DNA of 64,000 bases from Gemmiger sp. (GCF_036306485.1 NZ_JAXJZK010000042.1:37951-101950); one strand, 5' to 3'. Counted from the first letter of the stretch, positions 53,274-62,827 are shown. Translations and numbers: made by a program. Notes: generated by a model from the letters alone, not told the origin.

Positions 53274-53309
53274 CAAAAGAGGCTTCCCGCAAGGGAAGCC
53301 TCTTTTTGT
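53274..53309. terminator. Bidirectional terminator between the giant gene (+) and the AraC regulator gene (-)
   Basis: 12-bp stem AAGAGGCTTCCC / GGGAAGCCTCTT with a GCAA loop, flanked by A and T tracts. Confidence 0.8.
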
Positions 53310-53316
53310 TATAGTT

Positions 53317-54177
53317 TTATTTTTTCAGCAGGGCACTGCGGCGATACTGCAGCGGACTCTGCCCGGCCATGGCGGAAAACCGGGTCGAAAAGTTGCTCTC
53401 ATCCGCGAACCCGACCTGGCGCGCAATCGTACCGACCGGCAGATCGGTCAGGACCAGCAGATCCTTGGCCTGGGTGATCCGGTAGCACAGCAGATAATTG
53501 TAGGGGGTGGTACCCATGTACTGCCGGAACAGCCGCAGAAAGTAGCTCTTGCTCATATGGGCGGCACGGATCAGTTCATCCAGGCAAAGCGGTTCGGAAT
53601 AATGTTCGCGCAGGTAGTTGGCGGCCCTCTCGACGGTGGCGCGGTTGGAACCGGTTCCGCCGCTCAGCCGCTGGCGTGCCATGGCGGCCAGCATCTGGTG
53701 GATGGCGAGAGCGTTGTCAATGGCGGAAACGCTGGTCTCGGCCTGGACGCCATCCAATACGCGGTCAAAGGAACTGCGGACATCCATGCCGGGAAGCGGA
53801 ACGGCGCACAGATGCTGCCCGGGAATCAGCAGGGGAACAAAGGCCTTGACACCCGGTCCGTCCACATGTGCCCAGTAATGGTACCAGCAGCTCTGGCCGG
53901 GGGCGGTGCAGTAACTCTGCGGGGTCCGGCAATCCAACAACAGCATGTTGCCCTTTTCCAGCGTGACCTGGGTATTGTTCTGTTCGATCAGGCCGGCTCC
54001 CTCCAGCGTATAAAAGAGGATGTAGCTCTCCTTGTCGGTCCGGGCCGTGGCAAACCGCTCCAGACCGTAAAACAAACCGGCCTCGGAACAGTGATATGGC
54101 TGAGCCAGTGCCGCCGCGCCGGGGGTTGTGCGCAGCCATCGGCTGCGCGGTTCCACATCCATGTTGTAGGTCAGCAT
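53317..54177 (-). CDS. AraC-family transcriptional regulator (likely rhamnose-responsive)
   Basis: N-terminal cupin-like sensor domain and a C-terminal double HTH (...GFADESNFSTRFSAMAGQSPLQYR). It is divergent from rhaBAD. Confidence 0.8.
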   Translation of the reverse strand: MLTYNMDVEPRSRWLRTTPGAAALAQPYHCSEAGLFYGLERFATARTDKESYILFYTLEGAGLIEQNNTQVTLEKGNMLLLDCRTPQSYCTAPGQSCWYHYWAHVDGPGVKAFVPLLIPGQHLCAVPLPGMDVRSSFDRVLDGVQAETSVSAIDNALAIHQMLAAMARQRLSGGTGSNRATVERAANYLREHYSEPLCLDELIRAAHMSKSYFLRLFRQYMGTTPYNYLLCYRITQAKDLLVLTDLPVGTIARQVGFADESNFSTRFSAMAGQSPLQYRRSALLKK

Positions 54178-54323
54178 CCAGAGCCCTCCGGTCGAGTAGA
54201 CTTTTCACAAAAAACAGTACAATTCAAGCCATGGAAACCTTGTTCCGCGGCGCGTATACTGAAAGACAGAAAGAATTACGGGTGAAATGAATCTGAAATC
54301 ATTTTACCAAAAAGGAGCAAAAG

Positions 54324-55742
54324 ATGCAATCCTGTTATCTAGCCGTGGATATTGGCGCGTCGAGCGGCCGGCATATTGTCGGAACCGTCCAGGACGGCCG
54401 CATGAAGCTGCAGGAAGTCTATCGGTTCGAGAACCGCCTGCAGGAACGCAACGGCCATCTCTGCTGGGACATTGACGGCCTTGCCCAACAGGTGGTGGAA
54501 GGCCTCAAGGCAGCCCATGACCAGGGCTTTGCGCCGGTCACGGTGGGAATCGATACCTGGGCCGTGGACTTTGTGCTGCTTGACGGCCAGGGCAACCGCC
54601 TGGGAGATGCCGTCGCGTATCGGGACAAGCGTACCGCAGACCAGCGCCGGAAGCTGGAACCGGTGGTGCCTTTTGCGGAACTCTACCGCCGCACGGGCAT
54701 CCAGTACCAGCCGTTCAATACGATCTATCAGCTCTGCGCGCTCAAAGACGAACATCCCGAACAGCTGCAGGCGGCGGAGCATTTCCTGATGATTCCGGAT
54801 TACCTGAATTATTGCCTGTGCGGTGTGATGGCCAACGAGTATACCAATGCCTCCACGACGGCCCTGGTCGGCGCCGAAAGCAAGACCTGGGACGACGCGC
54901 TGATCGAGAAACTGGGCCTGCCGCGCAAGATCTTCGGCGCGATCCGGACACCCGGTACCGTGCTCGGACATCTGCGGGAAGAAGTCAGCCGCTATGTCGG
55001 CTTTGACTGCCAGGTCGTTCTGCCGGCCACCCATGATACCGGCTCCGCGTTCCTCGCCGTTCCGGCCCGGGATGACAAGGCGGTTTACCTTTCCAGCGGT
55101 ACCTGGAGCCTGCTCGGCGTTGAGAATCTCACCCCGATCACCGGCCCTGAGAGTGAAGCTGCCAACTTCACCAATGAGGGCGGCTATGAATACCGGTACC
55201 GGTATCTCAAAAACATTATGGGCCTCTGGATGATTCAGTCGGTCCGCCGCGAACTCGGGGAGCAGACCGGTACCCGGCCGAGCTTCCCGGAACTGATTGC
55301 CGCCGCGGAAGGCGCACACGACTTTGCCGGAATTGTCAGCACCGGAGACCAGCGTTTCCTGGCGCCCGCTTCCATGATCGAGGAAGTCAAGGCGGCCTGC
55401 GCCGACGCCGGACAGACGGTCCCCGCAACCGTCGGCGAGGTCATGCAGACCATCTACAATTCGCTGTCGCGCGATTACCGCAAGGCGATTGATGAACTGC
55501 AGACGCTGACCGGAAAACGGTATACGAGCATCAATATTGTGGGCGGCGGCAGCCAGGATATGTACCTGAACCAGATGACCGCCAACGCCGCAGGACTGCC
55601 GGTCTTTGCGGGCCCCACCGAGGGAACGGCTCTCGGAAACCTGATGGTACAATTCATCGCGGCGGGAATTTATCCGGATCTGCAGTCCGCACGCGATGCG
55701 ATCAAAAACAGCTTTGAAATCAAGGAGGTACTTCCCCAATGA
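54324..55742 (+). CDS. rhaB: Rhamnulokinase
   Basis: FGGY-kinase N-terminus YLAVDIGASSGRHIVG, rhamnulokinase-like throughout, and operon context with rhaA and rhaD. Confidence 0.88.
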   Translation: MQSCYLAVDIGASSGRHIVGTVQDGRMKLQEVYRFENRLQERNGHLCWDIDGLAQQVVEGLKAAHDQGFAPVTVGIDTWAVDFVLLDGQGNRLGDAVAYRDKRTADQRRKLEPVVPFAELYRRTGIQYQPFNTIYQLCALKDEHPEQLQAAEHFLMIPDYLNYCLCGVMANEYTNASTTALVGAESKTWDDALIEKLGLPRKIFGAIRTPGTVLGHLREEVSRYVGFDCQVVLPATHDTGSAFLAVPARDDKAVYLSSGTWSLLGVENLTPITGPESEAANFTNEGGYEYRYRYLKNIMGLWMIQSVRRELGEQTGTRPSFPELIAAAEGAHDFAGIVSTGDQRFLAPASMIEEVKAACADAGQTVPATVGEVMQTIYNSLSRDYRKAIDELQTLTGKRYTSINIVGGGSQDMYLNQMTANAAGLPVFAGPTEGTALGNLMVQFIAAGIYPDLQSARDAIKNSFEIKEVLPQ

Positions 55743-56986
55743 GTTACGAAGAGGCAAAACGGAAATATGCCGAATACGGCGTGGATACCGAAGCGGCACT
55801 GGAAAAGATTGCGGCGAAGGCGGTTTCCATCCACTGCTGGCAGGGCGATGATGTCACCGGTTTCGACAACCCCGAGGGCGGCGCCGGCAACGGTCTGGCG
55901 GTCACCGGCAACTATCCCGGCCGTGCCCGGAACTTTGAGGAACTCAAGTCGGACTTCCTTGAGGCCATCCGCCTGATCCCCGGCAAGAAGCGCATCAATC
56001 TGCATGCCTGCTATGCAATTTTCACCGAGGAAAATCCCTGGGTGGACCGCGACAAGCTGGAATACAAGCATTTTGCACCCTGGGTGGAGTTCGCCAAGGA
56101 ACATGGCCTCGGCATTGACTTCAACCCCACGATTTTCAGCCATCCCATGATGAAGGACGGCCTGAGCCTGTCCAGCCCGGACCCGGAGGTCCGCCGTTTC
56201 TGGATTGACCACTGCAAGGCAAGCCGCCGCATCGCCCACGAAATCGGCCTGGCCCTGAACGATACCGTCGAAAACAATATATGGATTCCCGACGGCTACA
56301 AGGACACCCCGGCAGACCGGATGCAGCCCCGCAAGTGGCTGAAGGAGTCTCTGGATGAGATCTTCTCCGAGCACTACGACAATGTCATCGACTGTGTCGA
56401 GTCCAAGTTCTTCGCCGTGGGTGTCGAGAGCTACACGACCGGTTCCAATGAATTCTACACCGCATACGCTGCGCAGCATCCCGGCGTGTACAACCTGCTG
56501 GATGCCGGCCACTATCATCCCTCGGAATATATTTCCGATAAGATCAGCGCCATGCTGTGCTTCTTCAAATATGTGCCGCTGCATGTGACCCGCGGTGTCA
56601 ACTGGGACTCCGACCATGTGGTTGCCTTTGACGATGAGACCCGCGAGATCTGCAAAGAGATTGTCCGCAACGATGCCATAGACCGCGTTCTGGTCGGCCT
56701 GGACTTCTTTGATGCCTCGATCAACCGGATCGCAGCCTGGGTCATCGGCAGCCGCAACTTTGAGAAGAGCCTGCTGTTCGCGCTGCTGCAGCCGGATACT
56801 GAGCTCAAGGCGATGCAGAATGCCGGCGACTTTACGGGCCGTCTGATGCTTCAGGAAGAGGTCAAGACGCTGCCGTTTGCGGATGTCTGGGAGGAATACT
56901 GCCGCCGTCAGGGCGTTCCCACGGGCCGCGAATGGTACGACGAAGTCAAGAAGTACGAGCAGGAAGTTCTGCTGAAGCGTGTTTGA
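55739..56986 (+). CDS. rhaA: L-rhamnose isomerase
   Basis: AVSIHCWQGDDVTGF and HVTRGVNWDSDHVV, typical of RhaA. The ATGA start overlaps the rhaB stop. Confidence 0.9.
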   Translation: MSYEEAKRKYAEYGVDTEAALEKIAAKAVSIHCWQGDDVTGFDNPEGGAGNGLAVTGNYPGRARNFEELKSDFLEAIRLIPGKKRINLHACYAIFTEENPWVDRDKLEYKHFAPWVEFAKEHGLGIDFNPTIFSHPMMKDGLSLSSPDPEVRRFWIDHCKASRRIAHEIGLALNDTVENNIWIPDGYKDTPADRMQPRKWLKESLDEIFSEHYDNVIDCVESKFFAVGVESYTTGSNEFYTAYAAQHPGVYNLLDAGHYHPSEYISDKISAMLCFFKYVPLHVTRGVNWDSDHVVAFDDETREICKEIVRNDAIDRVLVGLDFFDASINRIAAWVIGSRNFEKSLLFALLQPDTELKAMQNAGDFTGRLMLQEEVKTLPFADVWEEYCRRQGVPTGREWYDEVKKYEQEVLLKRV

Positions 56987-57023
56987 TTCTGATGATCTGA
57001 AATATATAAAGGAGCGTATTTCG

Positions 57024-57851
57024 ATGAACGAACTGTATCAGGTTCCCGCAATGGCGGGCTTTATCCGGATGTGTGACGACGGCTGGCAGCAGGGCTGGCA
57101 CGAGCGCAACGGCGGCAATCTGACCTACCGCATGACGGAAGAGGACGTGGCCGCCTGCCGCCCTTACTTTGACGCGCAGCCCCGTCCCTGGGTCAAGATG
57201 GGCGTTCAGGCCAAGAACCTGGCCGGGGAGTACTTCATCACCACCGGTTCTGGCAAGTATTTCCGCAATGTGATTCTGGACCCCGCCGCCAACATCGGCA
57301 TCGTGGAGATCAATGACGAGGGCGACAGCTGGCGCATTGTCTGGGGCCTTGAAAACGGTGCGAAACCCACGTCGGAGTTCCCGTCCCATTTCATGAACCA
57401 CAGCGTCCGCAAGGAAGCCACCAACGGTGCCAACCGCGTGATCTATCACTGCCACGCCACCAACGTCATCGCGCTGACCTACGTCCTGCCCCTCAATGAC
57501 CGCGACTTCACCCGTCCGCTGTGGCAGAGCGCTACCGAGTGCCCGGTGGTGTTCCCGGAAGGCGTCGGCGTCTGCCCCTGGATGGTTCCGGGCGGCGCCG
57601 CCATTGCAATGGCAACCTCCGAAAAGATGAAGACCTATCAGGCCGCCGTCTGGGCGCAGCATGGCCTGTTCGTGTCCGGCCCGGACTACGACACGGCGTT
57701 CGGTCTCGCACATACCATTGAGAAGAGCGCAGAGATCTATGTCAAGGTGCTCTCCACCGGCCGCCCGATCCTGCAGACCATCACGGATGATGCCCTGCGT
57801 GCCATTGCACATGATTTTGGCGTCCAGCTCAACGAAGCGTTTCTCGATTAA
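57024..57851 (+). CDS. rhaD: Rhamnulose-1-phosphate aldolase
   Basis: WHERNGGNLTYR and class II aldolase His residues (HCHATN). ATG follows AAAGGAG. Confidence 0.88.
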   Translation: MNELYQVPAMAGFIRMCDDGWQQGWHERNGGNLTYRMTEEDVAACRPYFDAQPRPWVKMGVQAKNLAGEYFITTGSGKYFRNVILDPAANIGIVEINDEGDSWRIVWGLENGAKPTSEFPSHFMNHSVRKEATNGANRVIYHCHATNVIALTYVLPLNDRDFTRPLWQSATECPVVFPEGVGVCPWMVPGGAAIAMATSEKMKTYQAAVWAQHGLFVSGPDYDTAFGLAHTIEKSAEIYVKVLSTGRPILQTITDDALRAIAHDFGVQLNEAFLD

Positions 57852-57870
57852 TCGATTCCCTCTATACAGG

Positions 57871-57921
57871 AAAAAGCCTTCCGGCATCGCAGCATCTGCG
57901 AAAGCCGGGAGGCTTTTTCTG
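57871..57921. terminator. Bidirectional terminator between rhaD (+) and the GH31 gene (-)
   Basis: Stem AAGCCTTCCGGC / GCCGGGAGGCTT flanked by AAAAA and TTTTT. Confidence 0.7.
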
Positions 57922-57944
57922 TTCATCATGGAGGAGATACGTTT

Positions 57945-59957
57945 TCAGGCGCGAAGAATCCGCCAGTGTTCAGGCCGGTCGTAGTCCGTCGTGTTGCCGT
58001 CATCCGTGTAGAGCTCATAGGAACCCGTATCCTGTCCCTCGGGCAGATACCCCCAGAAGGTAAAGCTGCTTTCATCCAGTGCGGCAACGGATTCGGCCGG
58101 TCTGACCAGCGGTACCAGATGCCCCGGCCGCAGGAAAATCAGGACTTCCTCCAGACCGCAGGCAACATAATGATGCCCGGCGGGCAGCTCTTCCTCGTCG
58201 TAATCGGTCAGGCTGCGGATGCGCAGCATCTTCATCGGCTCGGGCAGATAGACCGAGCGTCCGATGGCATTCTGGGTGCAGACCGGCGCCACCATCAGCC
58301 CTTCGCCCAGCAGCAGCTGATCGTCGGTATGGCGGGCCCACTCGTCCTCCGGAAAATCAAAACCGAGCGGCCGGAAATACAGCCCGTCCCGCAGAGCGGC
58401 CTTCATGAATTCGCTGTACAGGTAGGGCAGCAAGGCCATCCGGAGTTCCAGCATCCGGCGCATAGCGGGCAGCAGATCCCGGAACCGGTAGTATTCCTGA
58501 TCCCGCGTTCCCAGCGCCGAATGGTTGCGCATCAGCGGGGTGAACAATCCGAACTGCAGCCAGCGCAGAGCCAGGTCCGGGGTGGTGTCCCCGCCGAAAC
58601 CGCCGAGATCGGCGCCGCTGTACAGGTATCCGCACATCTGGACACTGGGCATCTGACGGACGTTTTCCAGCAGCTGTGCCCAGCTGGCATCGTTGTCACC
58701 GAGCCAGATGCCGCCGTAGCGATGGGAGCCGATGCAGCTGGAACGGCTGTACAGCAGCGTGCGGATGCCGGGGCGGATGGCAGCAAAGGCCTCGCCGGCC
58801 GCCCGGGTCATCTGATAGCCGTACAGATTGTGTACACGGTCATGGCGCACCGGCTTCCCGTCGATCAGGTGATAGAAACTCCGGTAATCGTCGGGATTGT
58901 TGGAGAGACTGCCGAACAGCTCCTGCAACCGGAAGAAATCATACATGTCCAGATTTCCCTTGGCGGCCAGTGCGCCGGCTTCCCGGGCAACGTCCTGCAG
59001 ATGTTCGGGCGTGTAGAAGAGGGCAGGCTCGTTCATATCATTCCAGAATCCGTCAATGCCCTGATCGGTCAGCGCCTGATACTTCCGGCCGAACCAGTCC
59101 CGGACTTCCGGACGCAGAAAATCCGGGAAGTAGGCGTCTCCGGGCCAGACGGCCGCCACAAAGGGGGTGCCGTCCTCCTTGCGGCAGAAATAGTCATTTG
59201 CAAGCCCTTCCCGGCAGACATCGTTCTGCCCGTCCGCCCGGATGCCGGCATCAATGATGGGAACCAGATGGATGCCGCGCTCTTTCAGGTCCGCCGCCAG
59301 GGCCGGCAGGTCGGGAAATCGCTCCCGGTTGACGGTGAAGTCCGCAAAATCCTGCATGTAGTCAATATCCATGCAGATCATATCCAGCGGCAGATGATTG
59401 CGGCGGTATTCATCGGCAACCCGGCGCACATCTTCCTCGCACTTGTAGCCCCACCGGCTCTGAGCGAGGCCGAACGCCCATTTGGGCGGAATGTAGCTGC
59501 GCCCGACCAGACGACGCAGTTCCCGGCAGATCCCGGCCAGACTGTCGTCGGTCAGAAGATAGAGGTCATAGTCAGGCTCTGCGGTCCGGAATGTCAGCAC
59601 CGAATGTTCGGTATAGCCGATGTCGTACGCCACACAGCCGGCAAAGTCCACAAATACGCCGAAGGTGGGACGTCCGCCGGTGCCGTTCACAATAAAAAAG
59701 TTGTGCGCACCGTACAGAGACTGTTTGTCCTCGGTGTGATGGGGCTGGTCGGAATTGTTGGTCAGATAATGCCAGCCGCGCTTGTTGATGCTGCGGACCA
59801 TCTCGCCCAGACCATAGACGATGTCGCGCTCATCCATTGCGTAGCGCCAGCCGTCCCCGTCGCGCGTCAGGAACGGTATCTCTCCGGACTGAACGGGAAG
59901 ATCCAGAACCACACTGTCGGTGGGCAGCATGTGACCGAATTTGAAATGCTGTATCAT
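57945..59957 (-). CDS. Glycoside hydrolase family 31 (alpha-glucosidase/alpha-xylosidase-like)
   Basis: Catalytic nucleophile region GIDGFWNDMNEP and later WLGDN. RBS AGGAGGG. Confidence 0.85.
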   Translation of the reverse strand: MIQHFKFGHMLPTDSVVLDLPVQSGEIPFLTRDGDGWRYAMDERDIVYGLGEMVRSINKRGWHYLTNNSDQPHHTEDKQSLYGAHNFFIVNGTGGRPTFGVFVDFAGCVAYDIGYTEHSVLTFRTAEPDYDLYLLTDDSLAGICRELRRLVGRSYIPPKWAFGLAQSRWGYKCEEDVRRVADEYRRNHLPLDMICMDIDYMQDFADFTVNRERFPDLPALAADLKERGIHLVPIIDAGIRADGQNDVCREGLANDYFCRKEDGTPFVAAVWPGDAYFPDFLRPEVRDWFGRKYQALTDQGIDGFWNDMNEPALFYTPEHLQDVAREAGALAAKGNLDMYDFFRLQELFGSLSNNPDDYRSFYHLIDGKPVRHDRVHNLYGYQMTRAAGEAFAAIRPGIRTLLYSRSSCIGSHRYGGIWLGDNDASWAQLLENVRQMPSVQMCGYLYSGADLGGFGGDTTPDLALRWLQFGLFTPLMRNHSALGTRDQEYYRFRDLLPAMRRMLELRMALLPYLYSEFMKAALRDGLYFRPLGFDFPEDEWARHTDDQLLLGEGLMVAPVCTQNAIGRSVYLPEPMKMLRIRSLTDYDEEELPAGHHYVACGLEEVLIFLRPGHLVPLVRPAESVAALDESSFTFWGYLPEGQDTGSYELYTDDGNTTDYDRPEHWRILRA

Positions 59958-59998
59958 ATCGATTCCCTCCTGAAAACAATCCTTTCCGTTTAAAACCC

Positions 59999-61162
59999 TT
60001 ATACGGCTTCGCGTTCCTCCCGGCGTTCCGAGGTGCGCTTGACCAGCCAGGCAAACAGGAACATGCCGAGGCAGGGCAGAACGTTCACCGCCATGCCGGC
60101 GGAGATGCCGGCGAATTCAGCCACAATGCCGATCAGCCAGGGCATGACGATGGCCCCCAGACTGGCACAGGGAAGCATGACGCCCATGCTCGTCACACTG
60201 GTCATGCGTCCCGCCGCAGCGACGGCGGTGGGGTTCATGCCGGCGATGGACAGCGAGAAGAAGAGCAGGAGCAGCAGGGCAAAAAGCTGGCTGTGCGCCA
60301 GCATGAGACCACTGTAAAAGACCGTGCAGCCCAGGCCCATCACCATCATGGCGCGGTAGCTGTTCTTGGGCGGGCAGACAAAGGACAGGAACAGGCGTGC
60401 CACCATCGTGGCACCCCACAGAATTGTGACGGTGTAGGGACTGACCGAAGCGCTCAGAATGCCGCAGTCCTTGAAATAGGTTACGAGCCATCCGGTTACG
60501 CTGGTCTCGGCACCGTTCTGACAGAACAGAAGCGCCGTCAGCAGCCAGAATTTGCGGCTGCGGAAGAAACTCCAGTCCGTCTGTCGGGCAGCGGCTTTGG
60601 TTTCTCCGGTATCCGCAGGGACAAAGCAAAAGAGTCCCCACATCCCCAGACCGAGCACTGCCAGCGTCAGCATGGGCAGCGAGGCGCCCACACCCAACGC
60701 CGCGGCCGCAATCAGGGGACAGAGCAGTGTGCCGAAAGCGTAACAGGAATGCAGGGCATTCATTCCGCGGGTGCGGTTGGAAACGTTGGAGCTGACTAAG
60801 ATTGTACAGACATTCAGCACGCTGCCTTTGGCAAGCCCCACCAGAAAAAAGGCGGCGGCCAGCAGAATCGCCAGACCGGTGCATCCCATGATGCCATAGC
60901 CGATGCCGTACCCGAGCCCCAACAGCAGGATTGTGTGCTTGAGCCCGATTCTGCCGGGCAGGACGCCGGCCAGAAAAGCGGCGATCAGGTTGCCGATGCT
61001 CATGCAGGAGATCAGCGTTCCGGTCAGACCGTACGCCAGCCCGTACTGCTCCTGCAGGATGCTCACGATCACGCCGCTGCTGATGGCGCAGATGCCGCTG
61101 AGAAAGAAGGTCAGGTATCCGACCCGGCGGCTGACGGCGGCCGCCTGCGCTGAATTCGCCAT
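59999..61162 (-). CDS. MFS transporter (sugar/oligosaccharide candidate)
   Basis: About 12 predicted TM segments. It lies directly upstream of, and is probably co-transcribed with, the GH31 gene. RBS AAGGATGGAG. Confidence 0.75.
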   Translation of the reverse strand: MANSAQAAAVSRRVGYLTFFLSGICAISSGVIVSILQEQYGLAYGLTGTLISCMSIGNLIAAFLAGVLPGRIGLKHTILLLGLGYGIGYGIMGCTGLAILLAAAFFLVGLAKGSVLNVCTILVSSNVSNRTRGMNALHSCYAFGTLLCPLIAAAALGVGASLPMLTLAVLGLGMWGLFCFVPADTGETKAAARQTDWSFFRSRKFWLLTALLFCQNGAETSVTGWLVTYFKDCGILSASVSPYTVTILWGATMVARLFLSFVCPPKNSYRAMMVMGLGCTVFYSGLMLAHSQLFALLLLLFFSLSIAGMNPTAVAAAGRMTSVTSMGVMLPCASLGAIVMPWLIGIVAEFAGISAGMAVNVLPCLGMFLFAWLVKRTSERREEREAV

Positions 61163-61301
61163 ATGTCTCCATCCTTTTCCAATACTCTAAGGTAATCTTA
61201 GCGGAACACGGCGCGGAATGCAATAGGAAACCCACAGATTCTGCTTGCAATGGCTCAGGTTTCCGCGTATAGTAAACTCAGAAGGAGAAAGGAGGCGCTT
61301 T

Positions 61302-61547
61302 ATGTTCTGGAAACGCAGAAAAACGCCGCCGAAGGACCCGCCGCAGGGCCTCGGGCGGCGCCACATCGCCACACAGAGCAGTATCTGCACCGGTGAGACC
61401 CTGATCGGATTCCAGGACCCGGGCAGCGGACGACTGCTGCAGGCCGTGATTGTCCGCAGCGAAGAGGATATCCGTGCGTTTTACCACGCATATGGCTATC
61501 CGGCGCCCGGAGAAACGGACGACTTGGAGACTTCAACAAGAATTTAA
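61302..61547 (+). CDS. Small conserved protein of unknown function (ICTGE motif family)
   Basis: 81 aa with a basic N-terminus, then SSICTGETLIGFQDPGSGRLLQAVIVRSEEDIRAFYHAYG. RBS GAAGGAGAAAGGAGG. Promoter TTGCAA, 17 nt, TATAGT lies at 61245-61273. Confidence 0.6.
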   Translation: MFWKRRKTPPKDPPQGLGRRHIATQSSICTGETLIGFQDPGSGRLLQAVIVRSEEDIRAFYHAYGYPAPGETDDLETSTRI

Positions 61548-61650
61548 CAAATCGGCTGCACTTTTTATGAAAAACAGAAATGTATTTTGCTGAATTATGT
61601 GCATTCGCACCAATTTTGCAAAAAACGTGGAAGGAATTTGTTCCTACCAT

Positions 61651-61678
61651 TTGCAAAGGAAGCAAAGGGTGCTATAAT
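61651..61678 (+). promoter_or_regulatory. Sigma-70-type promoter for pta
   Basis: TTGCAA, 16 nt (ending in TGC), TATAAT. Confidence 0.55.
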
Positions 61679-61739
61679 CATACTGTAGATTTGTGCGGAA
61701 GTTTTCTGCCGCATAAGGAATAGATACGGAGGTATTGTC

Positions 61740-62705
61740 ATGGACGTTTTTGAAACCTTTAAAAAACAGCTGCAGGCGAATCCCAAGACCATCGTATTCA
61801 CCGAAGGTACGGATGCCCGTATCCTGTCTGCCGCGGCACGGCTGCTGGCAGAGAAGTCTCTGAAGGTTCTGCTGCTGGGCGAGCCGGAGGCCGTTAAGAA
61901 GGCTGCCGCGGAAGGCGGCTTTGATATCACCGGCGCAGATATCTGCGATCCGACCGCTTACGAAGGCTTTGATGAAATGGTCGCCAAGATGGTCGAACTG
62001 CGCAAGGGCAAGATGACCGAAGAGCAGTGCCGCGCCGCGCTGGCCAAGTCCAACTACTTCGGCACGATGCTGGTCAAGATGGGCAAGGCGGACTGCCTGC
62101 TGGGCGGCGCCACCTACTCCACGGCCGATACCGTTCGTCCGGCGCTGCAGCTCATCAAGTGCAAGCCCGGCATCAAGTCCGTGAGCTCCTGCTTCATCAT
62201 GGTCCGTGAGGACCAGACCCTGGCCATGGGCGACTGCGCCATCAACATCGATCCCTCCGAGGACGAGGTTGTGGAGTGCACCGTGGAAACCGCCCGCACC
62301 GCCAAGATCTTCGGTATTGACCCGAAGGTGGCTCTGCTGAGCTACTCCACCAAGGGTTCCGGCAAGGGCGACTCCGTCGATAAGATGCGCAACGCCACCC
62401 AGCGCGTGCAGGCCGATCATCCCGAGCTGAAGGTTGACGGCGAACTGCAGTTCGACGCCGCCGTTGCACCCGAGGTCGGCAAGCTGAAGGCTCCTGGCTC
62501 CACCGTCGCCGGCCAGGCCAATGTCTTTATCTTCCCCGACATCAATGCCGGCAACATCGGCTATAAGATCGCCCAGCGTCTGGGCGGCTTCGCCGCTTAT
62601 GGCCCCATCCTGCAGGGCCTGAATGCGCCCATCAACGACCTGTCCCGCGGCTGCGACGCCGAGGAAGTCTACAAGATGAGCCTCATCACCGCTGCCCTGA
62701 TCTGA
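61740..62705 (+). CDS. pta: Phosphate acetyltransferase
   Basis: Pta-type N-terminus KTIVFTEGTDARIL and C-terminal GPILQGLNAPINDLSRGC. Confidence 0.92.
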   Translation: MDVFETFKKQLQANPKTIVFTEGTDARILSAAARLLAEKSLKVLLLGEPEAVKKAAAEGGFDITGADICDPTAYEGFDEMVAKMVELRKGKMTEEQCRAALAKSNYFGTMLVKMGKADCLLGGATYSTADTVRPALQLIKCKPGIKSVSSCFIMVREDQTLAMGDCAINIDPSEDEVVECTVETARTAKIFGIDPKVALLSYSTKGSGKGDSVDKMRNATQRVQADHPELKVDGELQFDAAVAPEVGKLKAPGSTVAGQANVFIFPDINAGNIGYKIAQRLGGFAAYGPILQGLNAPINDLSRGCDAEEVYKMSLITAALI

Positions 62706-62726
62706 ATCTGAACATTCGCTGAGACA

Positions 62727-62767
62727 GAAAACCCTCCCCTGTGCCGGGTGCACGGGGGAGGGTTTTG
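62727..62767 (+). terminator. Terminator after pta
   Basis: Stem AAAACCCTCCCCTGTGC / GCACGGGGGAGGGTTTT. Confidence 0.75.
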
Positions 62768-62778
62768 TCATAGGCTGC

Positions 62779-62822
62779 AAAAAACGGCCCGCGCCTTTCC
62801 GCAAGAAAAGCACGGGCCGTTC
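62779..62822 (-). terminator. Terminator after luxS
   Basis: On the minus strand: ACGGCCCGTGC ... GCGCGGGCCGT followed by TTTTTT. Confidence 0.65.
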
Positions 62823-62827
62823 TTCTG

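Noticed and set aside
46971-53276. 2,101-aa ORF on the minus strand, the longest ORF in the window
   Set aside because: It is exactly in register with, and antisense to, the plus-strand gene, which has a signal peptide, recognisable catalytic domains and an RBS. The antisense translation is Arg/Gly/Ala-rich with no domains, no RBS and no promoter. The absence of TTA/CTA/TCA sense codons explains it.
60117-61250. 377-aa ORF on the same strand as the MFS gene but in another frame
   Set aside because: Its product is Arg/Pro/Gly-rich with no TM helices. The 59999..61162 frame gives a typical 12-TM MFS protein with an RBS.
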